Shown here: one piece after another, positions 20,244 through 28,566 of the stretch
How positions within the stretch are numbered: the first letter of the stretch is position 1
How the letters are laid out: each line of letters starts with the position of its first letter
From: an uncultured Corynebacterium sp.
Lineage (GTDB): Bacteria > Actinomycetota > Actinomycetes > Mycobacteriales > Mycobacteriaceae
Length of the DNA: 64,000 nt
Assembly: GCF_946998835.1 (NCBI RefSeq)
Contig: NZ_CAMQAZ010000001.1
Coordinates: 12,396-76,395, forward strand
Direction: 5' to 3'
Position numbers and translations under genes: made by a program
The notes under the pieces: generated by a model
What the model saw: the letters and a program-made list of their open reading frames with translations, nothing else
What the model was told of the DNA's origin: nothing
Database searches by the model: none

Positions 20244-20795
20244 GTGAGTGTCGACATGAGTGCGTCGAGTGCGTCCACTGCTTCCACCAGCTCAAGGCCA
20301 GCTTTTGTGGGGATGATTTGGGCACAGTCCCGAGCCGGCATTATCGGCGACGGCGCCACCATGCCCTGGCATTTGCCCGAAGATCTGCAGCACTTCAAAA
20401 CAACCACGATGGGTGCGCCGGTCATCATGGGGCGTCGCACGTGGGATTCGCTAAATCCCAAGTTCCGTCCGCTCCCCGGCCGTCGCAATATCGTCCTGTC
20501 GCGCTCCATGTCCGATTTCCCCGGAGCCGAATCCGCAACCAGTCTCGAAGCTGCACTCGCGGCCGTCGCTGATGAGCCCGCGGCGTGGGTTATCGGAGGC
20601 GGGCGCGTCTATCGGGACGCACTTTCGCTTGCCGACGAATGCGTGGTCACCGACATTGATACGGATGTCAGTGTTCCGGTACCTGTCATGGCCCCGGATC
20701 TCTACGACTGGGTTCGTGTTGAGGATGGCCCGTGGCAGACATCAACGACCGGCCTGCGCTACCGCTTCTGCACGTGGCGGCGTCGCGAGGACTAG
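20244..20795 (+). CDS. folA: Dihydrofolate reductase
   Basis: DHFR motifs MIWAQSRAGIIG, MPWHLPEDLQHFKTTTMG, VIGGGRVY. Immediately downstream of thyA. Start may be GTG 20244, or GTG 20307 / ATG 20313 (the Ser-rich 23-aa N-extension is uncertain). Confidence 0.9.
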   Translation: MSVDMSASSASTASTSSRPAFVGMIWAQSRAGIIGDGATMPWHLPEDLQHFKTTTMGAPVIMGRRTWDSLNPKFRPLPGRRNIVLSRSMSDFPGAESATSLEAALAAVADEPAAWVIGGGRVYRDALSLADECVVTDIDTDVSVPVPVMAPDLYDWVRVEDGPWQTSTTGLRYRFCTWRRRED

Positions 20796-20914
20796 CTGCC
20801 CTGTAAATAGTCCCTGCCGGATTTCTGGCGAGTATCCGAGGAGGAGCTGTTGATGGTGCGATATTACACAATGGAATACCGCAATGGAATATCGCCCCTG
20901 GGCTTCGCGTTGAA

Positions 20915-21199
20915 TTGGGTATGACTGATGTGAAGACTCCACAGACCACCGAACATGTAACCATTTACGCTGCGGCCTGGTGCCCTTTCTGCCAGAACCT
21001 GATTGCTGGCCTGAAGGAAAACGGCACTCCGTTTGAGGCCTGGGATGTCGAAAAGCACGAGGACCTGTCGAAGTGGGTTGAGTCCGTCAATGACGGTAAC
21101 CGCGTTGTTCCGACCGTGCTGTACTCCGACGGTGAGCATGCCACGAACCCGTCGGTTGAGGAAGTCACTGCAAAGTACGCTGAGCTGTCTGACAAGTAA
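20915..21199 (+). CDS. Glutaredoxin-like mycoredoxin-type protein (CPFC active site)
   Basis: 94 aa. Thioredoxin fold with WCPFC redox motif and a cis-Pro region (VPTVLYSDGE). Confidence 0.7.
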   Translation: MGMTDVKTPQTTEHVTIYAAAWCPFCQNLIAGLKENGTPFEAWDVEKHEDLSKWVESVNDGNRVVPTVLYSDGEHATNPSVEEVTAKYAELSDK

Positions 21200-21210
21200 G
21201 AAACCAAGTA

Positions 21211-21250
21211 AGTAGAAAAGCCGAGCCCCACTTTCGGGACTCGGCTCTTT
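21211..21250. terminator. Hairpin between the mycoredoxin gene (+) and lpdA (-)
   Basis: gccgagcccc actttc gggactcggc (one mismatch) followed by tctttatg. Confidence 0.55.
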
Positions 21251-21294
21251 ATGTTCACGTGCGACCAGTCATCCCACTAGTCGTACATCCAGCA

Positions 21295-22704
21295 CTACTC
21301 CAGATCGTCGTGTGCCATCAGCTGACGAGCGGCCTCAGTAATAGAGCCGGACAGCGACGGGTAGACGGAGAAGGAGCTGGCCAGATCATCGACCGTGAGC
21401 TGATTGGAGACACACACTGCAATCGGCAGAATCAGCTCAGAGGCGGTCGGAGCGACCACCACGCCGCCGATAATCATGCCGGAGTTCTTGCGGCAGAACA
21501 GCTTGACGAAGCCGTGGCGCAGCGAACGCATCTTCGCACGCGGGTTACCTGCCAGCGGGAATACCTCCACGCGTGCGGAAACCTCCCCGGACTCAATCTG
21601 TGCCTGGGAGACGCCGACGGTTGCAATCTCTGGGCGGGTGAACACTGCAGAGGAGACGGTGCGCAGCCGAATCGGCGATACGCCTTCACCAAGTGCGTGG
21701 TACATCGCAATACGGCCCTGCATAGCTGCGACAGAGGCCAGCGGAAACAGGTCGGTGCAGTCACCGGCCGCGTAGATGCCCGGTACGTTGGTGCGCGAGA
21801 CACGGTCAACGTGAATGTGACCCGACGGGGTAGTTTCCACGCCGCAGGCATCCAGGCCGAGGTCAGCGGTGTTCGGAATCGAGCCGACGGTCATCAACGC
21901 GTGGGAGCCGAAGACCTCACGGCCGTCGGAAGTGACAACGCGGACGCCGCCGTCCTCAGTGCGCTCGACAAGGTCACAACGAGCGTTCTTGACCACGTCC
22001 ACGCCGCGCTCCAGCAGGACCTCCTCCAGGGCATCTGCAGCGTCGGCATCCTCGTGCGGCAGAATGCGATCACGGGAAGCGACCATGGTGACCTTCACAC
22101 CCAGCTCGGTGAACGAAGACACGAACTCAGCACCGGTCACGCCAGAACCGACGACGATGAGGTGCTCGGGCAGCTCCTCCAGTTCGTAGACCTGACGCCA
22201 GGTCAAAATACGCTCACCATCCGGGATAGCGCCCGGTAGAATTCGCGGGGAGGCACCGGTGGATACCAACACCAGGTCAGCTTCCAGAGTGACCTCGCCG
22301 CCCTCTAGCAGATCAACAGTGACGTAGTGAGTCACACGGCCCGGGTCGTGGTCATCGAGACGACCGCGGCCCTGCAGCATCTTGATACCTTCGCGCTCCA
22401 TCTGGGCGCGAACATCGTCGGACTGCTGCTGCGCCAGACGCTTAACGCGCTCGTTGACCGCAGTGAAGTCGATCTTTCGCTGAGAGAAGTCCGGGCGCAG
22501 ACCCATCTCGTCCGCTCGGCGCATATCAGTACGAACACCGGTCGCCGCGATGAAGGCCTTAGAGGGAACGCAATCCCACAGGACGGAAGAACCGCCCATA
22601 CCGGCATCCTCAACCACAGTGACTTCAGCACCGTACTTGGCGCCAACCAAGGCTGCCTCGTAGCCGGCTGGGCCGCCGCCAATGATTACGATCCTCTGTG
22701 CCAC
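21295..22704 (-). CDS. lpdA: Flavoprotein disulfide reductase family, NAD(P)H quinone reductase LpdA type (lacks the redox disulfide)
   Basis: FAD/NAD(P) Rossmann motifs IVIIGGGPAGYEAA and VVGSGVTGAEF. The usual CxxxxC is replaced by GGSSVLWDCVPSK (single Cys), as in mycobacterial Rv3303c LpdA. Confidence 0.85.
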   Translation of the reverse strand: MAQRIVIIGGGPAGYEAALVGAKYGAEVTVVEDAGMGGSSVLWDCVPSKAFIAATGVRTDMRRADEMGLRPDFSQRKIDFTAVNERVKRLAQQQSDDVRAQMEREGIKMLQGRGRLDDHDPGRVTHYVTVDLLEGGEVTLEADLVLVSTGASPRILPGAIPDGERILTWRQVYELEELPEHLIVVGSGVTGAEFVSSFTELGVKVTMVASRDRILPHEDADAADALEEVLLERGVDVVKNARCDLVERTEDGGVRVVTSDGREVFGSHALMTVGSIPNTADLGLDACGVETTPSGHIHVDRVSRTNVPGIYAAGDCTDLFPLASVAAMQGRIAMYHALGEGVSPIRLRTVSSAVFTRPEIATVGVSQAQIESGEVSARVEVFPLAGNPRAKMRSLRHGFVKLFCRKNSGMIIGGVVVAPTASELILPIAVCVSNQLTVDDLASSFSVYPSLSGSITEAARQLMAHDDLE

Positions 22705-22778
22705 AAATCCTCCAAAGTTGCCGCAAATATCACAATGTAACTATCGCGGGAGGCATTTTCCCCGCTTTGCCCCATAGT

Positions 22779-24014
22779 CTAACGGACAGCCATGGTTGAC
22801 TGCGCGCCGTCTTCATAGCGGGCGACGATGCCGGCGAAGAGTTTCACACCAACGCCCAGGCAGCGCTCGTCCACAATCAGGTCATCTCGGTGTAGATCAT
22901 GCTTGTCTCCGCGTCCTGACCAGCAGCCCAAACGAGCCATTGCACCCGGGACGTGCTCGAGATACCAGCCGAAGTCTTCGCCGCCGGACGACTGCGGAGC
23001 CTGGATGACAGCATTCTCATCAACTCGTCGCACCGCTTCCGCAATTAGGGCGGTGCAGTATTCGTCGTTAAGCACGGGCGGCACGCCGCGTTCGTAATTG
23101 ATGGTGCATTCGGCACCTGTTGGGGCGAGGACCTGTTCAATGAGTTCGCGCACGAGCGGATCGATGGCACGCCAGGTTGTGATGTCTGCGGTGCGCAGGG
23201 TGCCGCTGACGCTGCCTTCCGACGGGATCGCGTTGTGCGCATAGCCGGAGTGAACGGAGCCAAAAGTGAGCACGGTGCCAGTGCGCGGGTCGACGCGTCG
23301 GGACAGCAGACCGGGCAGATCGACAATCAATTTGCCCAGCGCATAGACAACATCGGCTGTCATCTGTGGACGTGAAGTATGTCCACCGGGACCGTGCACC
23401 TGAATCTCCAGCGTGTCCGCCGCGGAGGTGATGGCACCTGTGCGCACGCCAACGTGACCGACGCGCAGTTTCGGCTCACAGTGGACTGCGAAGATACGCT
23501 CCACTCCGTCAAGCGCGCCGGCCGCGATAACTTCGGGCGCGCCGCCGACCATGACTTCCTCAGCTGGTTGGAAGATGAAACGCAGAGGAGTCGGCAGTGT
23601 GTGCTTTTCGTGGTACTCAGCCATCGCCAACGCCGTTGCAAGCGTAATCGTGGTGTGAAAATCGTGCCCACAGGCATGCATGACACCGTCGTTCGTGCTG
23701 GCAAACTCCAGCCCGGTGGTCTCCGTAATTGGCAGCGCGTCTATGTCACCGCGAAAGGCGAGGCGCCCCGGGCGTTCACCGCCCGCTTCGCTGTCTGCGA
23801 GTTCAACCTCACCAATATCGACCATCAGGCCAGTATTGGGAAATAGCACCGGTTTCAGCCCCGCGGCACGCAGCTTCTCCTCCACGAAGGCCGTGGTGGC
23901 ATGCTCCATGTGGGATAGCTCCGGGTGCGCATGAAGATGCCGCCGCCACTCGATAATCTCGTTCGCGTGCTCGGCCCACCAGTGCTTAATAAACTCCTCA
24001 ATCACAACTCTCAA
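22779..24014 (-). CDS. M20D family amidohydrolase (N-acyl-L-amino acid amidohydrolase / hippurate hydrolase-like)
   Basis: 411 aa with metal-binding motifs (HACGHD, FQPAEE) and a dimerisation domain. Corresponds positionally to mycobacterial amiA1 next to lpdA. Confidence 0.85.
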   Translation of the reverse strand: MRVVIEEFIKHWWAEHANEIIEWRRHLHAHPELSHMEHATTAFVEEKLRAAGLKPVLFPNTGLMVDIGEVELADSEAGGERPGRLAFRGDIDALPITETTGLEFASTNDGVMHACGHDFHTTITLATALAMAEYHEKHTLPTPLRFIFQPAEEVMVGGAPEVIAAGALDGVERIFAVHCEPKLRVGHVGVRTGAITSAADTLEIQVHGPGGHTSRPQMTADVVYALGKLIVDLPGLLSRRVDPRTGTVLTFGSVHSGYAHNAIPSEGSVSGTLRTADITTWRAIDPLVRELIEQVLAPTGAECTINYERGVPPVLNDEYCTALIAEAVRRVDENAVIQAPQSSGGEDFGWYLEHVPGAMARLGCWSGRGDKHDLHRDDLIVDERCLGVGVKLFAGIVARYEDGAQSTMAVR

Positions 24015-24191
24015 GTGTAAGCACTCTCCGAATAGGCCGTAACAAGAGGCCTAACGACGGCTGCGCCAGCGCCAGCAGCAGCCGACAACTGTGTGTGCCT
24101 CAGCACTGGTGGTGCGCGAACAAACCGAGGTCACATCTTCCCCATTGGCCACTGCAGCTATCAGGTGTTTCACATTCGGGCGAAGTTTGCG

Positions 24192-24821
24192 ATGATAAAA
24201 GTCATGTCCGGCAATGGCACACCCAAGTCTCTGCGCATTTCCATCATCATTGTGGCCACAGCGCTCGTGGTCGTCATCGGCATCGCCATCGGCCTGTCGC
24301 TGAACATCAACAATGCCCCCAAGCAGCCGGAGGTACCCTCCGCCTCGCAGGGAACTACATCCAAGTCAACGCAGTCCCCTTCCCCGTCAACGACTACGTC
24401 GAAATCCTCCGAGACGTCGTCAAGCACGTCGAGCACCACTTCTACGCCATCCACTACGACGAGTTCCGAGCCGACGTCGACTTCAGCGGGACAGGATTTC
24501 GGTACCGGACGCTCCGACTTGGACGGACTGGGTTTTGTGCGCAGCTCTGCACGCTGCGACAGTGGCGACCGCGCATTTGCCGTGATTGCCACTGAACAGA
24601 GCATCAAGGCCGCTGCCTGTGAGACACGCTCGGGCGAGAAGTACTACCGCTCAGACACGCCACAGGGTTCCGGATCGATGGAAATCATCGTCGACGAGGG
24701 CGACCGCATCGTGGCGCGCAACGGCTCGTACAAGTACCAGATGTCCCCTGACGGACTTCTTGTGACCAAGGACAACGTGATCATCAAGAAGTACGCGGCA
24801 GAGGCCTGGGGTACTGCTTAA
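24192..24821 (+). CDS. Hypothetical membrane-anchored protein with Ser/Thr-rich linker and small Cys-containing C-terminal domain
   Basis: N-terminal TM (ISIIIVATALVVVIGIAIGL), a 60-aa S/T-rich low-complexity stretch, then a 100-aa globular C-terminal region. Start at MIKVMSGNG; the track ORF starts 33 codons earlier. Confidence 0.5.
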   Translation: MIKVMSGNGTPKSLRISIIIVATALVVVIGIAIGLSLNINNAPKQPEVPSASQGTTSKSTQSPSPSTTTSKSSETSSSTSSTTSTPSTTTSSEPTSTSAGQDFGTGRSDLDGLGFVRSSARCDSGDRAFAVIATEQSIKAAACETRSGEKYYRSDTPQGSGSMEIIVDEGDRIVARNGSYKYQMSPDGLLVTKDNVIIKKYAAEAWGTA

Positions 24822-24830
24822 GAGGTCAAC

Positions 24831-25466
24831 TTAAAGATCAATGTTGCGGGGGCCGTAGAGGCGGTCACCCGCATCTCCCAGACCTGGAACGATGTAGGCA
24901 TCTTCATTGAGGTCCGGGTCCACCACGGTGGTAACAAGGCGCACTGGCAAACCCGACTCCTTCAAGGCATCGACGCCTTGCTGCGCAGAGATGATGCAGA
25001 CTGCAGTGATGTTGTCCGCGCCGCGATCCACGAGCAACTTCAACGCGTGCAGCAGTGAACCACCGGTTGCCAGCATCGGGTCGACCAGGAAGACAGTACG
25101 CCCGGACAGGTCCTCCGGCAGTGCCTCGAGGTACGGCACTGGCTGATGGGTTTCCTCATCGCGCGCCAAGCCAATGAATCCCACCTGCGCATCCGGAATC
25201 ATCGACAGCGATGGGTCAATCATGCCGAGTCCCGCGCGGATGACGGGAACGATAATCGGTGGGTCCTGCAGACGGTAACCCGGCGCAGTAGTAATCGGGG
25301 TCTGAACATCGAAGTTATCGACAGGCAGCTGACGACTTGCCTCATAAATCAGCATTGCGCCCAGGTCGGCCAACGCCGCACGGAAGCCCGCGTTATCGGT
25401 GCGCTCGTCGCGCAGAATGGTCAAACGTGACTGTGCCAAGGGATGGTTGACAACGGTAATCTCCAT
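24831..25466 (-). CDS. upp: Uracil phosphoribosyltransferase
   Basis: PRPP-binding motif [13 protein letters not shown] and a typical UPRTase N-terminus [15 protein letters not shown]. Confidence 0.9.
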   Translation of the reverse strand: MEITVVNHPLAQSRLTILRDERTDNAGFRAALADLGAMLIYEASRQLPVDNFDVQTPITTAPGYRLQDPPIIVPVIRAGLGMIDPSLSMIPDAQVGFIGLARDEETHQPVPYLEALPEDLSGRTVFLVDPMLATGGSLLHALKLLVDRGADNITAVCIISAQQGVDALKESGLPVRLVTTVVDPDLNEDAYIVPGLGDAGDRLYGPRNIDL

Positions 25467-25840
25467 GCCTTCCAAAATACATTGGTTTGCTTTTGCCGCT
25501 GCGGTGTCAACCTGTCAATGCGCTCAAATGAGTTTCATAAAAATGGACCCGAATCAAAATGGAACCGAATCGGCCTTTTTCGCGCCTAACAATACGAGGG
25601 CTTTTTATTGCGTCCGGTTCATGTAGATCGAGTCATCGCTAAGTCCATTTGCTATCTCAGCCGTCGTCCGCGCCCCAGTTAGTCGTTCTGTCTGCAGTGC
25701 TGCGTTCGGCATCCTCCGCGAATTTCTCAGAGAGGCCGTCAATCTTGCTACGTCCATCACCACACAGCATCCACAACCCGTCGTTTCTTTCCCCTGCCAC
25801 CAGCAGCGATGCCTCAACGTTCACGCTGGTACCAGAGCTC

Positions 25841-26149
25841 ATGTCCGCAAACGCCACGCAGCTTGACGCATTGTCGCAACAGGCCAACGGCACCGACTTG
25901 GATATCGGCGCGCTAACCCCGCTTGTCGACGTCCCGTTTGTCGGCCCCTTCTGTCAGGCTGCGGCCACCGCTCTACAACGCCAGCGCGAGCACGTGACCG
26001 AGCTAAACGCATATGGTGCCAGCGCCGCTCGAGCATTGACCGATCTGGTCTACGCGGTGTCCTCTGCTGAAGATGCCAGCACACATGCACTACAGGCCAT
26101 TTCACCGGAGACAGGCACTGCTGTAGATCGCGGAACTGGTGGTGTGTGA
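25841..26149 (+). CDS. Small (102 aa) predicted alpha-helical protein, translationally coupled to the downstream NlpC/P60 gene
   Basis: ORF MSANATQLDALSQQANG...; its stop overlaps the next start (ATGA). No signal peptide, weak RBS. The S-rich upstream part of the track ORF (25649-25840) does not look coding. Confidence 0.4.
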   Translation: MSANATQLDALSQQANGTDLDIGALTPLVDVPFVGPFCQAAATALQRQREHVTELNAYGASAARALTDLVYAVSSAEDASTHALQAISPETGTAVDRGTGGV

Positions 26150-27159
26150 TGCTTCCCACCGCCCTATTGACTGAGGTGCCCAGCACAATCGCGCAACAGC
26201 TGAGCCCTGCCATCGCTCCTGCACTGGCAGGACTTGCTACCGCAGCCATCCCGGCGGCTAGTACTGCCTGGCATTCGGTCGCGAATTCTGTTGAGCGCAA
26301 CTGGGTCGATGGCATGGGAGCTGGTTCCGGCGCTGCAGGCGCGAGCCTCAAACGGGCCGCGCAAGCGGCCGCAGATTTGGAAACACGCGCCGGAACGATT
26401 GACAGGGATATTGCTAGCGGGCTGGACGCAGTGATGTCCGCGGCTGCTGACCTGGCCCGGATTGCCGCAGACTTCGTCACGTCGGCTATGCGCTCGTTGA
26501 CCGCTACTGCCGCAGGCCCTGCGGGCTTTGCGGCCGCGGGTGCCAGCTTGGTTGCAGCTGCCAGTTCCGCCATCTCGCAGGCCATTGAGCGGCTAAAGAG
26601 ATTGGAAAAAGAGCTGAGCCCTCTGGCGCAGTCGCTCATGCGACAAGCCTGCACCACAGTGGGAACTCCCGCCCCACCGCGGCCGGCGCAGTTGGAGGCT
26701 CCAGCAACAGCTCACGCAGCACTCGCTTCTACCGGTACCGCGGGTGATTCAGCAGCATCAACCGATTCAAGCAGTGTCCCGGTAGCAGCGGATGCAGGTT
26801 CTGGTGCACCGACACCAGAGGCCCAGGCCGCGGTGAAGGCTGCCCTCAGCGCCGTCGGCACGCCCTATGGTTGGGGCGGCAGCACTCCGGGGCAAGCACT
26901 CGACTGCTCGGGCTTGACTCATTGGGCTTATGGGCAAGCTGGTGTCGATATTCCCCGTACCGCCGAAGCGCAGGCCATCGGCAGGCAGGTGGGCCAGGAT
27001 GAACTTTTGCCCGGCGACCTTGCAGTGTGGGATGGCCATGTTGCCATGGTTGTCGGCGACGGCAAGATGGTCGAAGCTGGCGATCCAGTGCAGGTCAATC
27101 CGGTGCGAACCACCAACATTGGTATGCCGTTTAAGGGTTTCTACCGCCCGACGGGATAG
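26146..27159 (+). CDS. NlpC/P60 family peptidoglycan endopeptidase with long N-terminal alpha-helical (coiled-coil) region; no obvious signal peptide
   Basis: C-terminal NlpC/P60 catalytic domain (GTPYGWGGSTPGQALDCSGLTHWAYGQAGVDIPRTAEAQ...GDLAVWDGHVAMVVGDG) with Cys-His dyad. The N-terminal 230 aa are Ala-rich helical, a RipA-like architecture. Confidence 0.8.
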   Translation: MMLPTALLTEVPSTIAQQLSPAIAPALAGLATAAIPAASTAWHSVANSVERNWVDGMGAGSGAAGASLKRAAQAAADLETRAGTIDRDIASGLDAVMSAAADLARIAADFVTSAMRSLTATAAGPAGFAAAGASLVAAASSAISQAIERLKRLEKELSPLAQSLMRQACTTVGTPAPPRPAQLEAPATAHAALASTGTAGDSAASTDSSSVPVAADAGSGAPTPEAQAAVKAALSAVGTPYGWGGSTPGQALDCSGLTHWAYGQAGVDIPRTAEAQAIGRQVGQDELLPGDLAVWDGHVAMVVGDGKMVEAGDPVQVNPVRTTNIGMPFKGFYRPTG

Positions 27160-27291
27160 TGCTGTGGGTATCTGAGTCGTAAAACTTCTAAGATAGGAAT
27201 ACGCAAACTTGCCGCCCACGGGGTAGCTGCGAGTATGACAACTTTTTAGTTTTAATAATCACCGACAAGCAGAAGGGCTGCGACGAAAACT

Positions 27292-28533
27292 ATGGCCAGG
27301 AAAGGCATCGTTCCTATCGAACTCGAGCTGACTTCAGGCACCTTTTACACGTTGTGGGCTCCGAGCTGGCGTGAAGGTGGCTCCGAATGGCAGGCCCTGC
27401 TCGGCCGCGGAGATGAGATCTACCTGTTCCCATCTGCGGCAAAACTGCTAGCTTTCCTACAGTCAGATGCCCCTCACGACTTCGAGCAGCATCCCAGCTG
27501 GCGCAACTTTAACCAGCAGCTGCCGGCTGCAGCTATCACGGCACCACGCCACCGTTATGACTTGATTGGGCTGCCGGAAATTCTGGCCGGTCAAGCTGAC
27601 TACGACCACGTGTCCCGCGCAGATCGCATTCTTGCTATCACCCGTTCGATTGGTGCGATTGCTGACCTCAGCCCAATCAATCAGATGTTTGCCTCTCACT
27701 CAGTCCTGGCTGCCACGCAGAACGGTGCTGACCACTTCCGGGGCAGCGGCGCGGCTCAGTGGTCAGCTATCGGCAATGTCATTCTTACCAATTGGGATAG
27801 TTGCATCGACGCTCTCGATGGCCTCGGCGAAAATACTCCAAGCATCGATGAAAAGGCCGAAACCACTGCTGCTGCCGCATTGAAGGACGCGGAGGCCGCG
27901 GAACGCGAGCGCCGTGAAGCGGCGGAGCAGAAGCGCGAAGAGGAAAAGAAGGCTGCAGAAGAAAACGCCGGCGATCCGTACGATCAGACGGTGTGGGCCA
28001 ATGCGGGCATCGACCCGATTAAGATTTCGATTGCTGGTCGCACGCTCTACACGCTGCGCTGTTACATGGGTCGTCGTCCGCTGTTCCTGGGAAGCGCCGG
28101 CGAGATTCACACGTTCTCACAGCCGCGCACGATGGTGCGTTGGCTGCTGGAGCACAAGCATCATGACATGTCTACTCTGACGACGTGGGATGAAATCATC
28201 ACTGCCGCCAACGCCGGAGAACTGGAGGCTGTGGTGCACGAGGACAACGAGTACTCGTTCACCGGTCTGGCCGAGGACATCGAAAAGGGTCCCAACGCCG
28301 TAGATACTGCCCAGCTCGCACGGGCCTACGAGCTGCTCGCCGACGCTGCTGACTGGGCTGGCGACGATGCTGTAAACGAAGTACTGGCGGGCAACCAGCA
28401 GCTGCAGTGGCTGTTGAACTTCCTGCTGGATACCGGTGAGATGTCCGAACCAGTTCCACCTTACGACGAAGAAGCCGAGGGCTGGAGGCAGCTGGAGAAG
28501 GATTTGGCCGCTCGGTTCACGACCAAGATTTAA
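27292..28533 (+). CDS. Conserved actinobacterial hypothetical protein (Rv3311-like position between upp and add); internally duplicated domain with charged coiled-coil linker
   Basis: The N-half (GIVPIELELTSGTFYTLWAP...GDEIYLFPSAAKLLAFLQSD) and C-half (GIDPIKISIAGRTLYTLRCY...AGEIHTFSQPRTMVRWLLEH) are clearly homologous. They are separated by an AEAAERERREAAEQKREEEKKAAEE linker. Confidence 0.6.
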   Translation: MARKGIVPIELELTSGTFYTLWAPSWREGGSEWQALLGRGDEIYLFPSAAKLLAFLQSDAPHDFEQHPSWRNFNQQLPAAAITAPRHRYDLIGLPEILAGQADYDHVSRADRILAITRSIGAIADLSPINQMFASHSVLAATQNGADHFRGSGAAQWSAIGNVILTNWDSCIDALDGLGENTPSIDEKAETTAAAALKDAEAAERERREAAEQKREEEKKAAEENAGDPYDQTVWANAGIDPIKISIAGRTLYTLRCYMGRRPLFLGSAGEIHTFSQPRTMVRWLLEHKHHDMSTLTTWDEIITAANAGELEAVVHEDNEYSFTGLAEDIEKGPNAVDTAQLARAYELLADAADWAGDDAVNEVLAGNQQLQWLLNFLLDTGEMSEPVPPYDEEAEGWRQLEKDLAARFTTKI

Positions 28534-28566
28534 CTCCCCTCCCCCAGTACGCTGAGCGGCGCTGGC

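Noticed and set aside
25649-25840. Ser-rich N-terminal extension of the small ORF upstream of NlpC/P60
   Set aside because: Composition (SSAPQL..SASSANFSERPS..) looks like out-of-context frame translation, with no RBS. The gene more likely starts at ATG 25841, leaving a long non-coding leader.
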